Part shown: piece by piece, positions 9,493 through 18,693 of the stretch
Position numbering within the stretch: the stretch's first letter is position 1
Layout of the letters: every line of letters begins with the position of its first letter
Source of the DNA: an uncultured virus (IMG/VR IMGVR_UViG_3300021499_000001)
Taxonomy: Duplodnaviria > Heunggongvirae > Uroviricota > Caudoviricetes
Virus record (IMG/VR): IMGVR_UViG_3300021499_000001
Length of the DNA stretch: 64,000 nt
Reading direction: 5' to 3' (one strand)
Notes under the pieces: generated by a model
Database searches by the model: none
What the model was told of the DNA's origin: nothing
The model's input: the letters and a program-made list of their open reading frames with translations, nothing else
Made by a program: the position numbers and the translations under genes

Positions 9493-11605
9493 ACTTAGTG
9501 AAATATTAGCGGATGTTGAGGGCTATGTTTCGTCTCATTATCCTGATTATATAATGTTTTTGAATAGCAGGTCCTATGAATTTTTAAGTACACCACCGGA
9601 GAATAGGGATAATTGGTGGAATTTTTGGTATCCAGCATTGCGGGCTTCGACTCAGTATGTATGCCAAGATATTTGGGATACTGCAGAGCATGATATAGAG
9701 ATTATTTATTCTGAATATGTCGCTGATATCGTTGTTGATTTGTTTGCACATAGGTTCCCTGATAGCGAAGCTCATTTGAGCAGGCTTTGTACTGATATAG
9801 CTAATTCTCGGGTGCGTATAAGGTATGAGGGTGGAAGATATGTAACGGGTGAGAGGTGGTCTCCCGAAGATTGGAGGGAAGGCGAAGAGGAACCAGAACC
9901 AGAACCCGAGTCGGATGAAGAAGCAGATTCATTTATTGATGATGTAAGGGAGGCTATTACGCGTGGTGCTGAGCATGCGCGGGATTGGATACGTACACAG
10001 GGTGAAAGGATAGGGAATTGGTCCCGTAGCACATATGATACAGTAAGGCGGCGGCTCCGTAACATACGTGAAGGATTAGATGATACGTGGGAGCGCATGA
10101 CGACATTACCTCATAACTGGCGTGATGCATTGGATAGTGTTGATGAGTTTTTAGATAGTATGTACGATCGTATATCTAGTTGGCATATTGATTGGGGTTC
10201 ACTTAGTGAATCATTAGATGAAACTAGGGAATTTGCATTAAGGGCGTTGGGTCATTATCATCTCAGTTTTATGCGACGGCCTCATGATTTTATAAATGAG
10301 GTATGGGAAGAATATCGTTCATGGGCGCAGGCTAATGGATTGTCACTGGATGTAAGTCATACTAATATACGAAAGTTTCTTGCTTATAAGTGGGGGCTTA
10401 AATTTGATCCTAATGATGTGAAGGTAGATGAAGGACGGTTAGTAACAGTTACTATAGGGCGTCGTAAACCAGAAAAGTTTATCAGCATCAGTTTTGGATT
10501 TTCAGATGCGTGGAATGTTATCAAGGAAGACGTAAAAGCCATATGGGATGAATTTGCCGAACGTTATGATGTGATAAAAAGTTTCGATTGGAAGCGTTAT
10601 TTTATGGAGCAGTTGCAGGATATTGTTGATAAATTTGTTGATATAATCAAAGTTGACCCTATTTATTTAGCTTGTTGTCTTCTGGATACAGGGTTAACAT
10701 TAGAAAAATATTTGGATCCTGCACTATTAGCCGCTATTGGCCGTATTCTCCAGATTTTAACGTATAGTCCATATATAGGTTTGTCTTTTGGTTTTGATCT
10801 TATGAAAACGATTAACGAATCGTTAAGTTTTATGATTCGTACAGGATGGGTAATATTTTTGAAATATATGGTGTTTAATGCTGTGTCGGCGGTATGGTAT
10901 AAGATTGATAAATTTTTATATGAATTGGGGATGTGTATTGTTGATCCTACCCGTTCGAAAACTAAATGGTGTAAAGAATGGATGGCATTTTTAAGATGTG
11001 TGCCTTTAATGGATTTTCTGTATTATTTATACAATAAGTTAACAGGCATTAAGGATAGTATTTTGTCATTTTATTTCCAGTTACTTGATGATTTAAGGTT
11101 CCGTGAATGGCGGCTTCTTGAAGACATACGTGTCATTTTTGCCAATGCTATCAATATAAATATTATTAATAGGTGGCGTGGGTTCTTCAATAAACTGTTG
11201 GCAATTGTTGATGCACTTGCTTTGTGTATATCGTCGGCTGATGTGCAGGATTATAGAGGGAGGTTTAGAGGATATAGAATGCCTATTGTACCAACACCCG
11301 GCGGTGAGCCTAGTGATGAAGAACATATTAGTACCTCTGGACATGTACCAGGTCCAGGTGAATCGACGAGCACAGCACGTGAGTTTTACCGCAGGGCTGT
11401 AGGCGGTATAGATACCGAAGGTGCTATAGAGGCGGGCGCTTCCATACATGACGTTATTGCTACAGTTGTGCCAAATGAACTATATAGAAGACTTGTGGAA
11501 TGGTATAATTTTGTGCAAGAACACGTTCATACAGAAAGTAAGGATGAATGTGATCGCCGGTTGATAACCGGCTTGTTTAAGCTAATGGAGGACTTATATG
11601 AATAG
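9485..11605 (+). CDS. Hypothetical Trp-rich protein with acidic EP linker and hydrophobic C-terminal half
   Basis: 706 aa; EEEPEPEPESDEE; amphipathic Trp-containing helices; hydrophobic segments and scattered Cys. Confidence 0.8.
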   Translation: MAKLSEILADVEGYVSSHYPDYIMFLNSRSYEFLSTPPENRDNWWNFWYPALRASTQYVCQDIWDTAEHDIEIIYSEYVADIVVDLFAHRFPDSEAHLSRLCTDIANSRVRIRYEGGRYVTGERWSPEDWREGEEEPEPEPESDEEADSFIDDVREAITRGAEHARDWIRTQGERIGNWSRSTYDTVRRRLRNIREGLDDTWERMTTLPHNWRDALDSVDEFLDSMYDRISSWHIDWGSLSESLDETREFALRALGHYHLSFMRRPHDFINEVWEEYRSWAQANGLSLDVSHTNIRKFLAYKWGLKFDPNDVKVDEGRLVTVTIGRRKPEKFISISFGFSDAWNVIKEDVKAIWDEFAERYDVIKSFDWKRYFMEQLQDIVDKFVDIIKVDPIYLACCLLDTGLTLEKYLDPALLAAIGRILQILTYSPYIGLSFGFDLMKTINESLSFMIRTGWVIFLKYMVFNAVSAVWYKIDKFLYELGMCIVDPTRSKTKWCKEWMAFLRCVPLMDFLYYLYNKLTGIKDSILSFYFQLLDDLRFREWRLLEDIRVIFANAININIINRWRGFFNKLLAIVDALALCISSADVQDYRGRFRGYRMPIVPTPGGEPSDEEHISTSGHVPGPGESTSTAREFYRRAVGGIDTEGAIEAGASIHDVIATVVPNELYRRLVEWYNFVQEHVHTESKDECDRRLITGLFKLMEDLYE

Positions 11606-14018
11606 ATTGCTTAAGCAGTTATTGCAGCGTCTTGCAGGCAGGGACTTGAATGCGGAGGCGCTATCTAGTATTACTGCTGAGCTGCCTCGTGCGACGGTGC
11701 ATACGGTTAAGTATATGGATCCGAACAGAAGTATTATTTATGATGAACCGCCGCGGCCTCGCAACGCTGTTATGATTCATCCACATTTTGATATGCACCA
11801 GTTAGCACAAATCTATGATTCTGTAGCGGGCGACCGGCCTATAATAGTTAAATTCAGAGATGATATAACTGTAACAACACATGCTTTTTTATTTTCATGG
11901 ATGGGTAGTCTGTTTGGTATAAGGGATGAACATCCATATGAGGTTGTTTACCCTGATGATCTAGAAACGATCGTACCTATATCAAGCGATGGGTTTGTGT
12001 TTACAGGGACCTTTAGACCTGTAAAAAAGCTTATCCGTCATGCTGTTGATAAGGATTTGGTTATGTTCCGTAGTACATTAGGTGAAACGGTGGTAACAAA
12101 AGATCATTCTTTAGTATTTATAGATGGTAGTACTGGTACTGTGGATGATGTTGAAAAGAAGGTGCCCGGTATTGTTGCATATGTAAAAGACGTATCATTT
12201 TCTAAGGCAATAACGTACAAGCATTCGACGAGCACATTTTTAGGATTTGCACGCAATAGAGTTGTTGTACATGCACCATCTCTGGCTGAATTTGTGAAGT
12301 TTATGATTGTATTATTTGAGCATGGTGATTATGGTGTTTTTCATGACCAGCTGGGATGGCGGCTTCCTGTCTGCCCATTTTTAATAAGGTTAATTGATGA
12401 TAATAATTATCAGGTTACATATGATGATGAATATGTCTTTGTGCCAAATGATAGTGCATTAGGAGAGGTTCTTTCCTATTTGTTGCCATTTGGGTTAGAT
12501 GCATTGCCAAGATGGTTCTTTGATGAAAAGTTTATTAATGTTGCTATATCAATCTTTTATAATGAATGGGAGGGGTATTTAAGGAGTCATACACCATTAA
12601 TTGCATCATATATATCATTTTTATTAAGGTATAAAGGTGTACAATTTGCGTTAAATTATAATGAGAATGGTTATAAATTCATGGATATACGCAATTTTGA
12701 GATTCCTATTATTTATTCAGATATACAGGTGTTGCCATATATGAGTGATGATCCATATGTTTATGATGTATCCGTTGAGGGCGAGGTTTTTGTAGATCCT
12801 GTTGGATTTTTAACATTACATAATACAGAGGCTATTGTCCGCCGCGGGATTGAGGAGTATGTTATTCGTATCCCATGGCATGAGGTTGAGGTTATTAGTG
12901 ATAGCATAAAAGCTAAAAATCATTTATTGCGGCGGCTTCAAATTATGAGGCGCCGCTTCGACTGTGACCTATTAGGTGAATTTTCGCAGTCATTTATAAG
13001 ACAGTTATTGTTATTTGGTAATGTTTTTATCAGGATTGTATATTCACGTGAAACCTATGAAGGCCGCAAGCTGCCACTCTATCCTGAATTGCTCTATCCT
13101 CCTGATGTAGCTATAATGTATGATATAAAGAGAGATAAAATTATTGGGTATACATATGATCGTTACGTATTTAAACCTGAACGCATTATTCATGTGACCT
13201 TAGCAAAGTTTCCTGGGTATTTTTATGGAAATTCTATCCTATCTGCGACTGTGGAGGATGTTAAGGTTCTCAGGTTATTGGAACAGCAAGCAGAGATTAT
13301 GTCTGTTTTGTATTCGTCACCACAGATATTTTTGAAGGTTGGTACCCCGACGATACCAGCCGGGCGGCCTCCTAATGATCTTTTAGATAGACCGATGATG
13401 ATTGATGCATTAACAGAGGAAGATTTAGCACGTGAGGGGCGCCGGCTTGAGGGTTCGGAGCCTCATTCACTAAAAATTATTCCATATTATGATGAGCCTG
13501 TAGCTATATCACCAGAGGCACCGATTGATTTGGAGCCGTTCTTGAAGCATTTTAAGAATCGTGTTTATCAAGCGCTTGGGATCGATCCTGTTATATTAGG
13601 TGATCCCCAAGGGTCAAATAGAGATACATCTGTTATTGGTGAATCGGCGACAAATAAACGCATTGAATATATAGCACGTCTTTGGCAGAGACACATTAAT
13701 TTCATTATAAATGATATATTTATGAGTGAGGTACCTTATACAGAGCCCGTTTATGTACATTTACCAAAAATTGATACAACGGATTACATGGCACGTATAA
13801 GATTAGGGTTGAACTTGTATCAAAATGGTATAATTACCAATGACGAAATGCGTCGTTTGTATCTTGGTTATGATCCGTTGAGTGATGATGAGCTTGCGAG
13901 AACCATTTTTGGTTTAACGGGGCGCTTAGTAATTAACACAAATGAAATTGAGTCTCAGTTAAGCCCCGAGAATCAATATGGGAGGCAGATGGCGCCTCCT
14001 AAGGTGAAGAGGAGGTGA
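11598..14018 (+). CDS. Portal protein, intein-containing
   Basis: Position before the protease; QLLLFGNVFIRI, FKPERIIHV, FYGNSIL, ALGIDPVILG and GIITNDEMRRLYLGYDPL are typical portal motifs. 471 aa after splicing. Confidence 0.9.
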   Translation: MNRLLKQLLQRLAGRDLNAEALSSITAELPRATVHTVKYMDPNRSIIYDEPPRPRNAVMIHPHFDMHQLAQIYDSVAGDRPIIVKFRDDITVTTHAFLFSWMGSLFGIRDEHPYEVVYPDDLETIVPISSDGFVFTGTFRPVKKLIRHAVDKDLVMFRSTLGETVVTKDHSLVFIDGSTGTVDDVEKKVPGIVAYVKDVSFSKAITYKHSTSTFLGFARNRVVVHAPSLAEFVKFMIVLFEHGDYGVFHDQLGWRLPVCPFLIRLIDDNNYQVTYDDEYVFVPNDSALGEVLSYLLPFGLDALPRWFFDEKFINVAISIFYNEWEGYLRSHTPLIASYISFLLRYKGVQFALNYNENGYKFMDIRNFEIPIIYSDIQVLPYMSDDPYVYDVSVEGEVFVDPVGFLTLHNTEAIVRRGIEEYVIRIPWHEVEVISDSIKAKNHLLRRLQIMRRRFDCDLLGEFSQSFIRQLLLFGNVFIRIVYSRETYEGRKLPLYPELLYPPDVAIMYDIKRDKIIGYTYDRYVFKPERIIHVTLAKFPGYFYGNSILSATVEDVKVLRLLEQQAEIMSVLYSSPQIFLKVGTPTIPAGRPPNDLLDRPMMIDALTEEDLAREGRRLEGSEPHSLKIIPYYDEPVAISPEAPIDLEPFLKHFKNRVYQALGIDPVILGDPQGSNRDTSVIGESATNKRIEYIARLWQRHINFIINDIFMSEVPYTEPVYVHLPKIDTTDYMARIRLGLNLYQNGIITNDEMRRLYLGYDPLSDDELARTIFGLTGRLVINTNEIESQLSPENQYGRQMAPPKVKRR
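11820..12824 (+). mobile_element. Intein (335 aa) in portal protein
   Basis: QIYD|SVAGDRPIIV, block B VTKDHSL, C-terminus YVYDVSVEGEVFVDPVGFLTLHN|TEA (Ser1, Thr+1). Central endonuclease region looks degenerate. Confidence 0.92.
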
Positions 14019-14019
14019 T

Positions 14020-15366
14020 ATGGCTATAAAATATAGGGATGAAGATGGTAATCTTATTATAGAAGGTGTTGAAATATCACATCCCAATGTAGTTAATGAT
14101 AATTTTAGGTTCTATGTTAATGCAGCTGAAAAAATAGACACACTTCTAGAGCCGGCTCCTGTGCCAGTGCTTTTATATCATCAGGATCATGTGGATCCGA
14201 TAGGAGAGGTGAAGGATGCTAAGTTTACTGATTCAGAGTATGTTGAGGGTGCAAAAGCTATTAGTGCTACGCTTGTAATAAAGGATGAGGAGGCGGCTAA
14301 AAAGTTTGAAAAAGGTTTATATAAGAGGTTTTCTATTGGGACGAAACCGAAGAAGGTTATCTGCAGCATATGTGGCAAGGAACGTTATGAATGTGAACAT
14401 ATAGTAGGCAAAATTTATGATGGCAAGCTTTGTTATGATAAGGTTTTCATTGATAGATTTCTGGAGGTATCTGTTGTTAATATTGCAGCTGATAAATTTG
14501 CTGTATTACATGAGAAGGATGATTTGAAAGATGCTCTTTTTGACGAAATAAATTTAGAATTAGACACGGAGGAAGATATGGCAGATAAGGACAAAACGAT
14601 TGATACAGATTTCGTTGAATATGCTGAGAGTATTTTAGGGGAGGATCTTAGTGAGGAGGAATTGAATGATCTTGAAACGATTATAGCGGGGCTTGATGAA
14701 TGTGATGAGTGTGGTGATGAGGATGTTGAGGATAGCGAGACGGAGGATAGGAAGCTTCCTCCTGCAGGATCAAAAGCACGTAAGAAAATGAAGACCACAT
14801 TCTGCGGCCCTAATAAAACATTTCCTGTCCCTGATTGTAAGCATGGTGCTGTTGCATTGGCGATGCTTAATTGGCCGCGTGTTAAGAAAAAATATAAAGG
14901 CCAGATTTCGAAGATACGTGCTTGCATAATGAGAGTTGGCCGCAAGCTTGGCTGCGCGTATGCGAAGAAGAAAAAGGATGAGCTTCAGGCAGCTCTTGAT
15001 GATCTCAAGCAGATTGTTGATTCTATGAACCAAGCGCCGGCTTCACCCGATATAGATTTCACCCCCATTAATGAGCGTTTTGACCGTATTGAGGAAACGC
15101 TGGCTGAATTGGTGGCTCTTATGAAGGATCTTATAAAAGGTATAACGGATAAGATGACAGTACCTGTACCTGTTAAGGAATATGCTGCTGGTGGTAAGCT
15201 TCTTGATGAGATCAAGGCATCACTTAGTGAAGCCGTGAAGGAAAATACTGATAAAATATTAGAGTTTTTATCCAAAGCTACATCAGAGACTGATGATACA
15301 AAAACCGATGATGAGGTACCTAATAAGGTACTTGATGGCAGTGTGTTTGGGAAAATAAAATCATAA
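14020..15366 (+). CDS. Prohead maturation protease with C-terminal scaffold region
   Basis: PVLLYHQDHVDPIGEV (catalytic His), RFSIG (catalytic Ser), CSICG..CEH..GKIY insert, EVSVVNIAAD, then an acidic and coiled-coil C-terminal half. Confidence 0.85.
   Translation: MAIKYRDEDGNLIIEGVEISHPNVVNDNFRFYVNAAEKIDTLLEPAPVPVLLYHQDHVDPIGEVKDAKFTDSEYVEGAKAISATLVIKDEEAAKKFEKGLYKRFSIGTKPKKVICSICGKERYECEHIVGKIYDGKLCYDKVFIDRFLEVSVVNIAADKFAVLHEKDDLKDALFDEINLELDTEEDMADKDKTIDTDFVEYAESILGEDLSEEELNDLETIIAGLDECDECGDEDVEDSETEDRKLPPAGSKARKKMKTTFCGPNKTFPVPDCKHGAVALAMLNWPRVKKKYKGQISKIRACIMRVGRKLGCAYAKKKKDELQAALDDLKQIVDSMNQAPASPDIDFTPINERFDRIEETLAELVALMKDLIKGITDKMTVPVPVKEYAAGGKLLDEIKASLSEAVKENTDKILEFLSKATSETDDTKTDDEVPNKVLDGSVFGKIKS
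14578..15366 (+). CDS. Nested in-frame scaffold protein (262 aa)
   Basis: Internal GGAGG at 14568-14572 precedes in-frame ATG 14578 just after the protease domain, as in lambda C/Nu3. Confidence 0.6.
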   Translation: MADKDKTIDTDFVEYAESILGEDLSEEELNDLETIIAGLDECDECGDEDVEDSETEDRKLPPAGSKARKKMKTTFCGPNKTFPVPDCKHGAVALAMLNWPRVKKKYKGQISKIRACIMRVGRKLGCAYAKKKKDELQAALDDLKQIVDSMNQAPASPDIDFTPINERFDRIEETLAELVALMKDLIKGITDKMTVPVPVKEYAAGGKLLDEIKASLSEAVKENTDKILEFLSKATSETDDTKTDDEVPNKVLDGSVFGKIKS

Positions 15367-15383
15367 TATTATAGGAGGAAACT

Positions 15384-16592
15384 ATGGCAACATTGAGACC
15401 TGAAGGATACTATCGTAACATGGCGCTGCGTGACATTCCATGGAAGCATAAGCGGAATGTCGTTCCTTCGATAGGTGTTATAGCAGATACAAGGGCCGTT
15501 GGTCCATTTGCGCCACATCCTGATCTACCGACTGCATGGATTAATAAGGTTGATGAGAGACAGTTTGTTATACCAGTAGGTAAGATTGTGTCTGTAGTGC
15601 CCATAGATTATTCGACAGCGAAGACACTTGGCAGAACGGATCTTTATACAGAGATGATATATCGTTCTGGAGAGAAGTCTACTTATAAATGGACGATACC
15701 TGAATCGGAGCTGGGTTCAACTACATATGCTGATCCCTATTATGGCTATGGTGGAATATTGGGATTTATGATACCATATGGTGCTACACCTAATGGTATT
15801 AGTTATAGTCTGACGTATGGTTATAAGATAACTGGTGAAGAGGAGATGCCTTACCATACGGATGATTATAATTATGATAAGATTGTCCCATTTGGATTTG
15901 TGATACATGATGTTGAGAGATTTATTGCTGGGGATGATCTGAATTATAGAACACGTCAGGCATATCCTATATGGAGGCATGGGTTGATCACTGTGCCATT
16001 TATAAATATCGTAGCACTTCATCATGATTTAGAGGATGTGGAAAATATTGAGCCTTTGGCTAAGTTTATTGCTCATGATCACACTGCACCAATTGTCAGT
16101 GAGCCTGCTGCATCAAAGGTATATATGACATATAAATATCTGTCCAGGTATTATACTGCAGCTGTTGGGGTTGAGTATGGTAAAGATGACTATAGTGGGA
16201 TTACTGAAATCTATACTGGATATGATTTTAATAAAGCGGTGATGGATACTAGATATGTAGGTACTACGTGTCATGGGGATTATCTGATATCAAGTTTACA
16301 TTTTGGGAGTCAATGGGAGGTTGGTAAAGTTGTACATATAGATTATGAATTCCCCAAGAGTTTTATGGAGATGGTTGATGCCCCGCCAGCCTCAGGTATA
16401 GGTACCGCTAATGGTGGCATCCCAGAGATAGTATATCAGTACATGCATGATTTCATTGTAATTTATAATGAACTAGTTGGTACTGATGCTATGAGTCTGA
16501 AGCCTGCTGATCTAATAAGCTATATAGATCAGGGATATTTTGGTGCCGCTTATATATTGGTGAATTTCAATAATGCAAGGACAGTAGCATAA
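15384..16592 (+). CDS. Putative capsid decoration/auxiliary head protein
   Basis: Strong AGGAGG RBS; lies between protease and major capsid gene. Confidence 0.55.
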   Translation: MATLRPEGYYRNMALRDIPWKHKRNVVPSIGVIADTRAVGPFAPHPDLPTAWINKVDERQFVIPVGKIVSVVPIDYSTAKTLGRTDLYTEMIYRSGEKSTYKWTIPESELGSTTYADPYYGYGGILGFMIPYGATPNGISYSLTYGYKITGEEEMPYHTDDYNYDKIVPFGFVIHDVERFIAGDDLNYRTRQAYPIWRHGLITVPFINIVALHHDLEDVENIEPLAKFIAHDHTAPIVSEPAASKVYMTYKYLSRYYTAAVGVEYGKDDYSGITEIYTGYDFNKAVMDTRYVGTTCHGDYLISSLHFGSQWEVGKVVHIDYEFPKSFMEMVDAPPASGIGTANGGIPEIVYQYMHDFIVIYNELVGTDAMSLKPADLISYIDQGYFGAAYILVNFNNARTVA

Positions 16593-16621
16593 TTAATTGA
16601 AATAAATTTTGGAGGAGGAAA

Positions 16622-18106
16622 ATGGAAATTTTGAAGGATACACTGTATGAGGCGCTTTTGCACAATGGACGCGTTCAGGTAACTGATAAGCTCCGTGAGG
16701 AGTTCAAGTCCGAGATACCGGAGATCGCTGAGGCAAGTGAGATACGATTTACGCTTCGGGATGTACTTACTAATAGCATGCTTGCGCCTCTCTTTCCTGA
16801 GGTTATAACGGTTATTGTTGAGGACACAATGGAACCGCTGCTTCTTATAACCAAGCTATATGATGTTGTCAGGGGTATACCTAATGCCCTTACAGTGAGA
16901 ATCCTGCTGCCAACACCAATGCCTGTAGTTAAACTTTCGCCTAATGCTCCCACCCCAAACCTTGGGAATCCGTCGCTTCATGAGATAGGTGGTACTGTAT
17001 CCATAACTGCAGAGAAATGGGGTGTTATATGGAGTGTTGATGAGCATGTTATTAAGAACAACCAGTGGGATATCCTTAAGATGTCTCTTAGGAATGCTGC
17101 TCGAGCGCTTGCTAGACATAAGGAGAAGCAGGCCTATGAGCACATAAGGCATGGTGGGATAATACTATTCTCGAACTGGAGAAAAAATCATGCTGTTTTC
17201 AAGAATTTCCTCAGGGGTCGTGATATAAAGTTAAGGCAGAATGGTAGCCTTTCACCTAGGGATTTCTTCCAGGGTTATGCTTACTTCCTGCAGAATGAGT
17301 TTATCCCTGATGTTGTTATTATGAACTCATGGTCGTGGCTTGTATTCCTTTATTCACCCCTTACCAGAGAGATTGTTATGAATGGTAATACCATAGCGCC
17401 TGACTTCACCAACTTTAACATGAGGGTCCGCAGCAGATGGCGTGAGGTATGGAACTCTCTTGGTAAGAAGGGTATTCTTGGTGGCAACAGCCCTGATGAT
17501 ATATTCGGTAAGATAGGTCTGAGCATTTTTGGGCCGACGAATGCTCCTTGGAGCTGGAATCCACTTGGTGTTGAGGTTTATCATAAGCCTTCTTGGATGC
17601 CAGCTGGTATAACATTCCTTATTTCACCGTATGCTGATTGGTCGGCCAATGCAACTGATTACATGAATAAATACTTCAGTGGTTGGGACTTTACAGGGGC
17701 TCAGTCGTGGGCAGATACATCAACCCCGAAAGACCCGCTTAATATATTTGCGCACGATGATTCTGGGAATAAGAATGACCCAACGAAAACCAAGGGCTTC
17801 GATGAAGATGGCACTGTGGCAACATCACCTAGTGATGCACGTACTTATGCGGATCCAACGCTTAATTTGACCGATATAATCATGGTTGATAGTTCAGAGG
17901 TTGGAATTCTTTATCAGTACTCAGATCCAACAACTACTAAGTGGTCCGACCCAATGCTGGATATACAGAATAATAAGATTGCTGAGGAATATGGCTTCGC
18001 TGTTAAGTGGGGTGGACGTGCTATTGGTATCTTTGAGGCTGTTGTCATCGATGAGCAGTATACTGCTGAGCTTGTGGCACAGAATGAAATAGCAAAACCG
18101 CTGTAA
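16622..18106 (+). CDS. Major capsid protein (HK97 fold)
   Basis: GGAGGAGG RBS; LFPEVI..; EKWGVIWSVDEHVIKNNQWDILKMSLRNAARALARHKEKQ spine-helix pattern; PDVVIMNS; followed by a long hairpin. Confidence 0.88.
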   Translation: MEILKDTLYEALLHNGRVQVTDKLREEFKSEIPEIAEASEIRFTLRDVLTNSMLAPLFPEVITVIVEDTMEPLLLITKLYDVVRGIPNALTVRILLPTPMPVVKLSPNAPTPNLGNPSLHEIGGTVSITAEKWGVIWSVDEHVIKNNQWDILKMSLRNAARALARHKEKQAYEHIRHGGIILFSNWRKNHAVFKNFLRGRDIKLRQNGSLSPRDFFQGYAYFLQNEFIPDVVIMNSWSWLVFLYSPLTREIVMNGNTIAPDFTNFNMRVRSRWREVWNSLGKKGILGGNSPDDIFGKIGLSIFGPTNAPWSWNPLGVEVYHKPSWMPAGITFLISPYADWSANATDYMNKYFSGWDFTGAQSWADTSTPKDPLNIFAHDDSGNKNDPTKTKGFDEDGTVATSPSDARTYADPTLNLTDIIMVDSSEVGILYQYSDPTTTKWSDPMLDIQNNKIAEEYGFAVKWGGRAIGIFEAVVIDEQYTAELVAQNEIAKPL

Positions 18107-18114
18107 TATAGATT

Positions 18115-18172
18115 AGGCCCGGTCTTCTAGCTCGTTAGACATTGTGATTCTTGTGGCTAGAAGGCCGGGCTT
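18115..18172. terminator. 17-bp stem-loop after the major capsid gene (terminator, attenuator or RNA stabiliser)
   Basis: AGGCCCGGTCTTCTAGC (18115-18131) pairs with GCTAGAAGGCCGGGCTT (18156-18172), two G-U pairs, 24-nt loop, no long U tract. Confidence 0.6.
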
Positions 18173-18189
18173 CCTATAGGAGGACTATT

Positions 18190-18693
18190 GTGTATTGGGT
18201 AAAGCTATCAGGGCGCGCACCTGTAGCTACGATAACCTGTGGGCATCGTGTTGCACAGGTATCAGTCCGGTGTCCTATTTTTCCTCTTAAGGGCTTTACA
18301 CCTCATTGTATAGCTCAGTTTCAGAGGCATGTTGATGTATATATTATAGAGGAAAACTTTCCTATTGATGAGGACCGGAAGGTAGAAATTTTCTCTATGC
18401 TTATGGATGGTGATATTGATATCGAACCTTCTGAGGAGGAATTTGTTATGTGGTTAATCTCCAATGGGTTCCAGCCTAAGGGTACTTATCGTAAGGTTAT
18501 AGTGAAGGAAACAGAGTCAGAGGAGGAGGATGTCGTACCTCCTGAAGTAGGTGAAGAGGATGGTAAGGTTGATGATGCTTCTGTGCAGGAGTCTGATACA
18601 GTTGATGAGGTAACTATTGATGAAAAACCTAAATCGGTAGGGAAGAAGAAAGGTGCGCGTCGAAGTAGAACAAACAAGCGTAAACGTAAATGA
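18190..18693 (+). CDS. Hypothetical protein with acidic then basic tail
   Basis: GGAGG at 18179-18183 before in-frame GTG 18190. Confidence 0.7.
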   Translation: MYWVKLSGRAPVATITCGHRVAQVSVRCPIFPLKGFTPHCIAQFQRHVDVYIIEENFPIDEDRKVEIFSMLMDGDIDIEPSEEEFVMWLISNGFQPKGTYRKVIVKETESEEEDVVPPEVGEEDGKVDDASVQESDTVDEVTIDEKPKSVGKKKGARRSRTNKRKRK

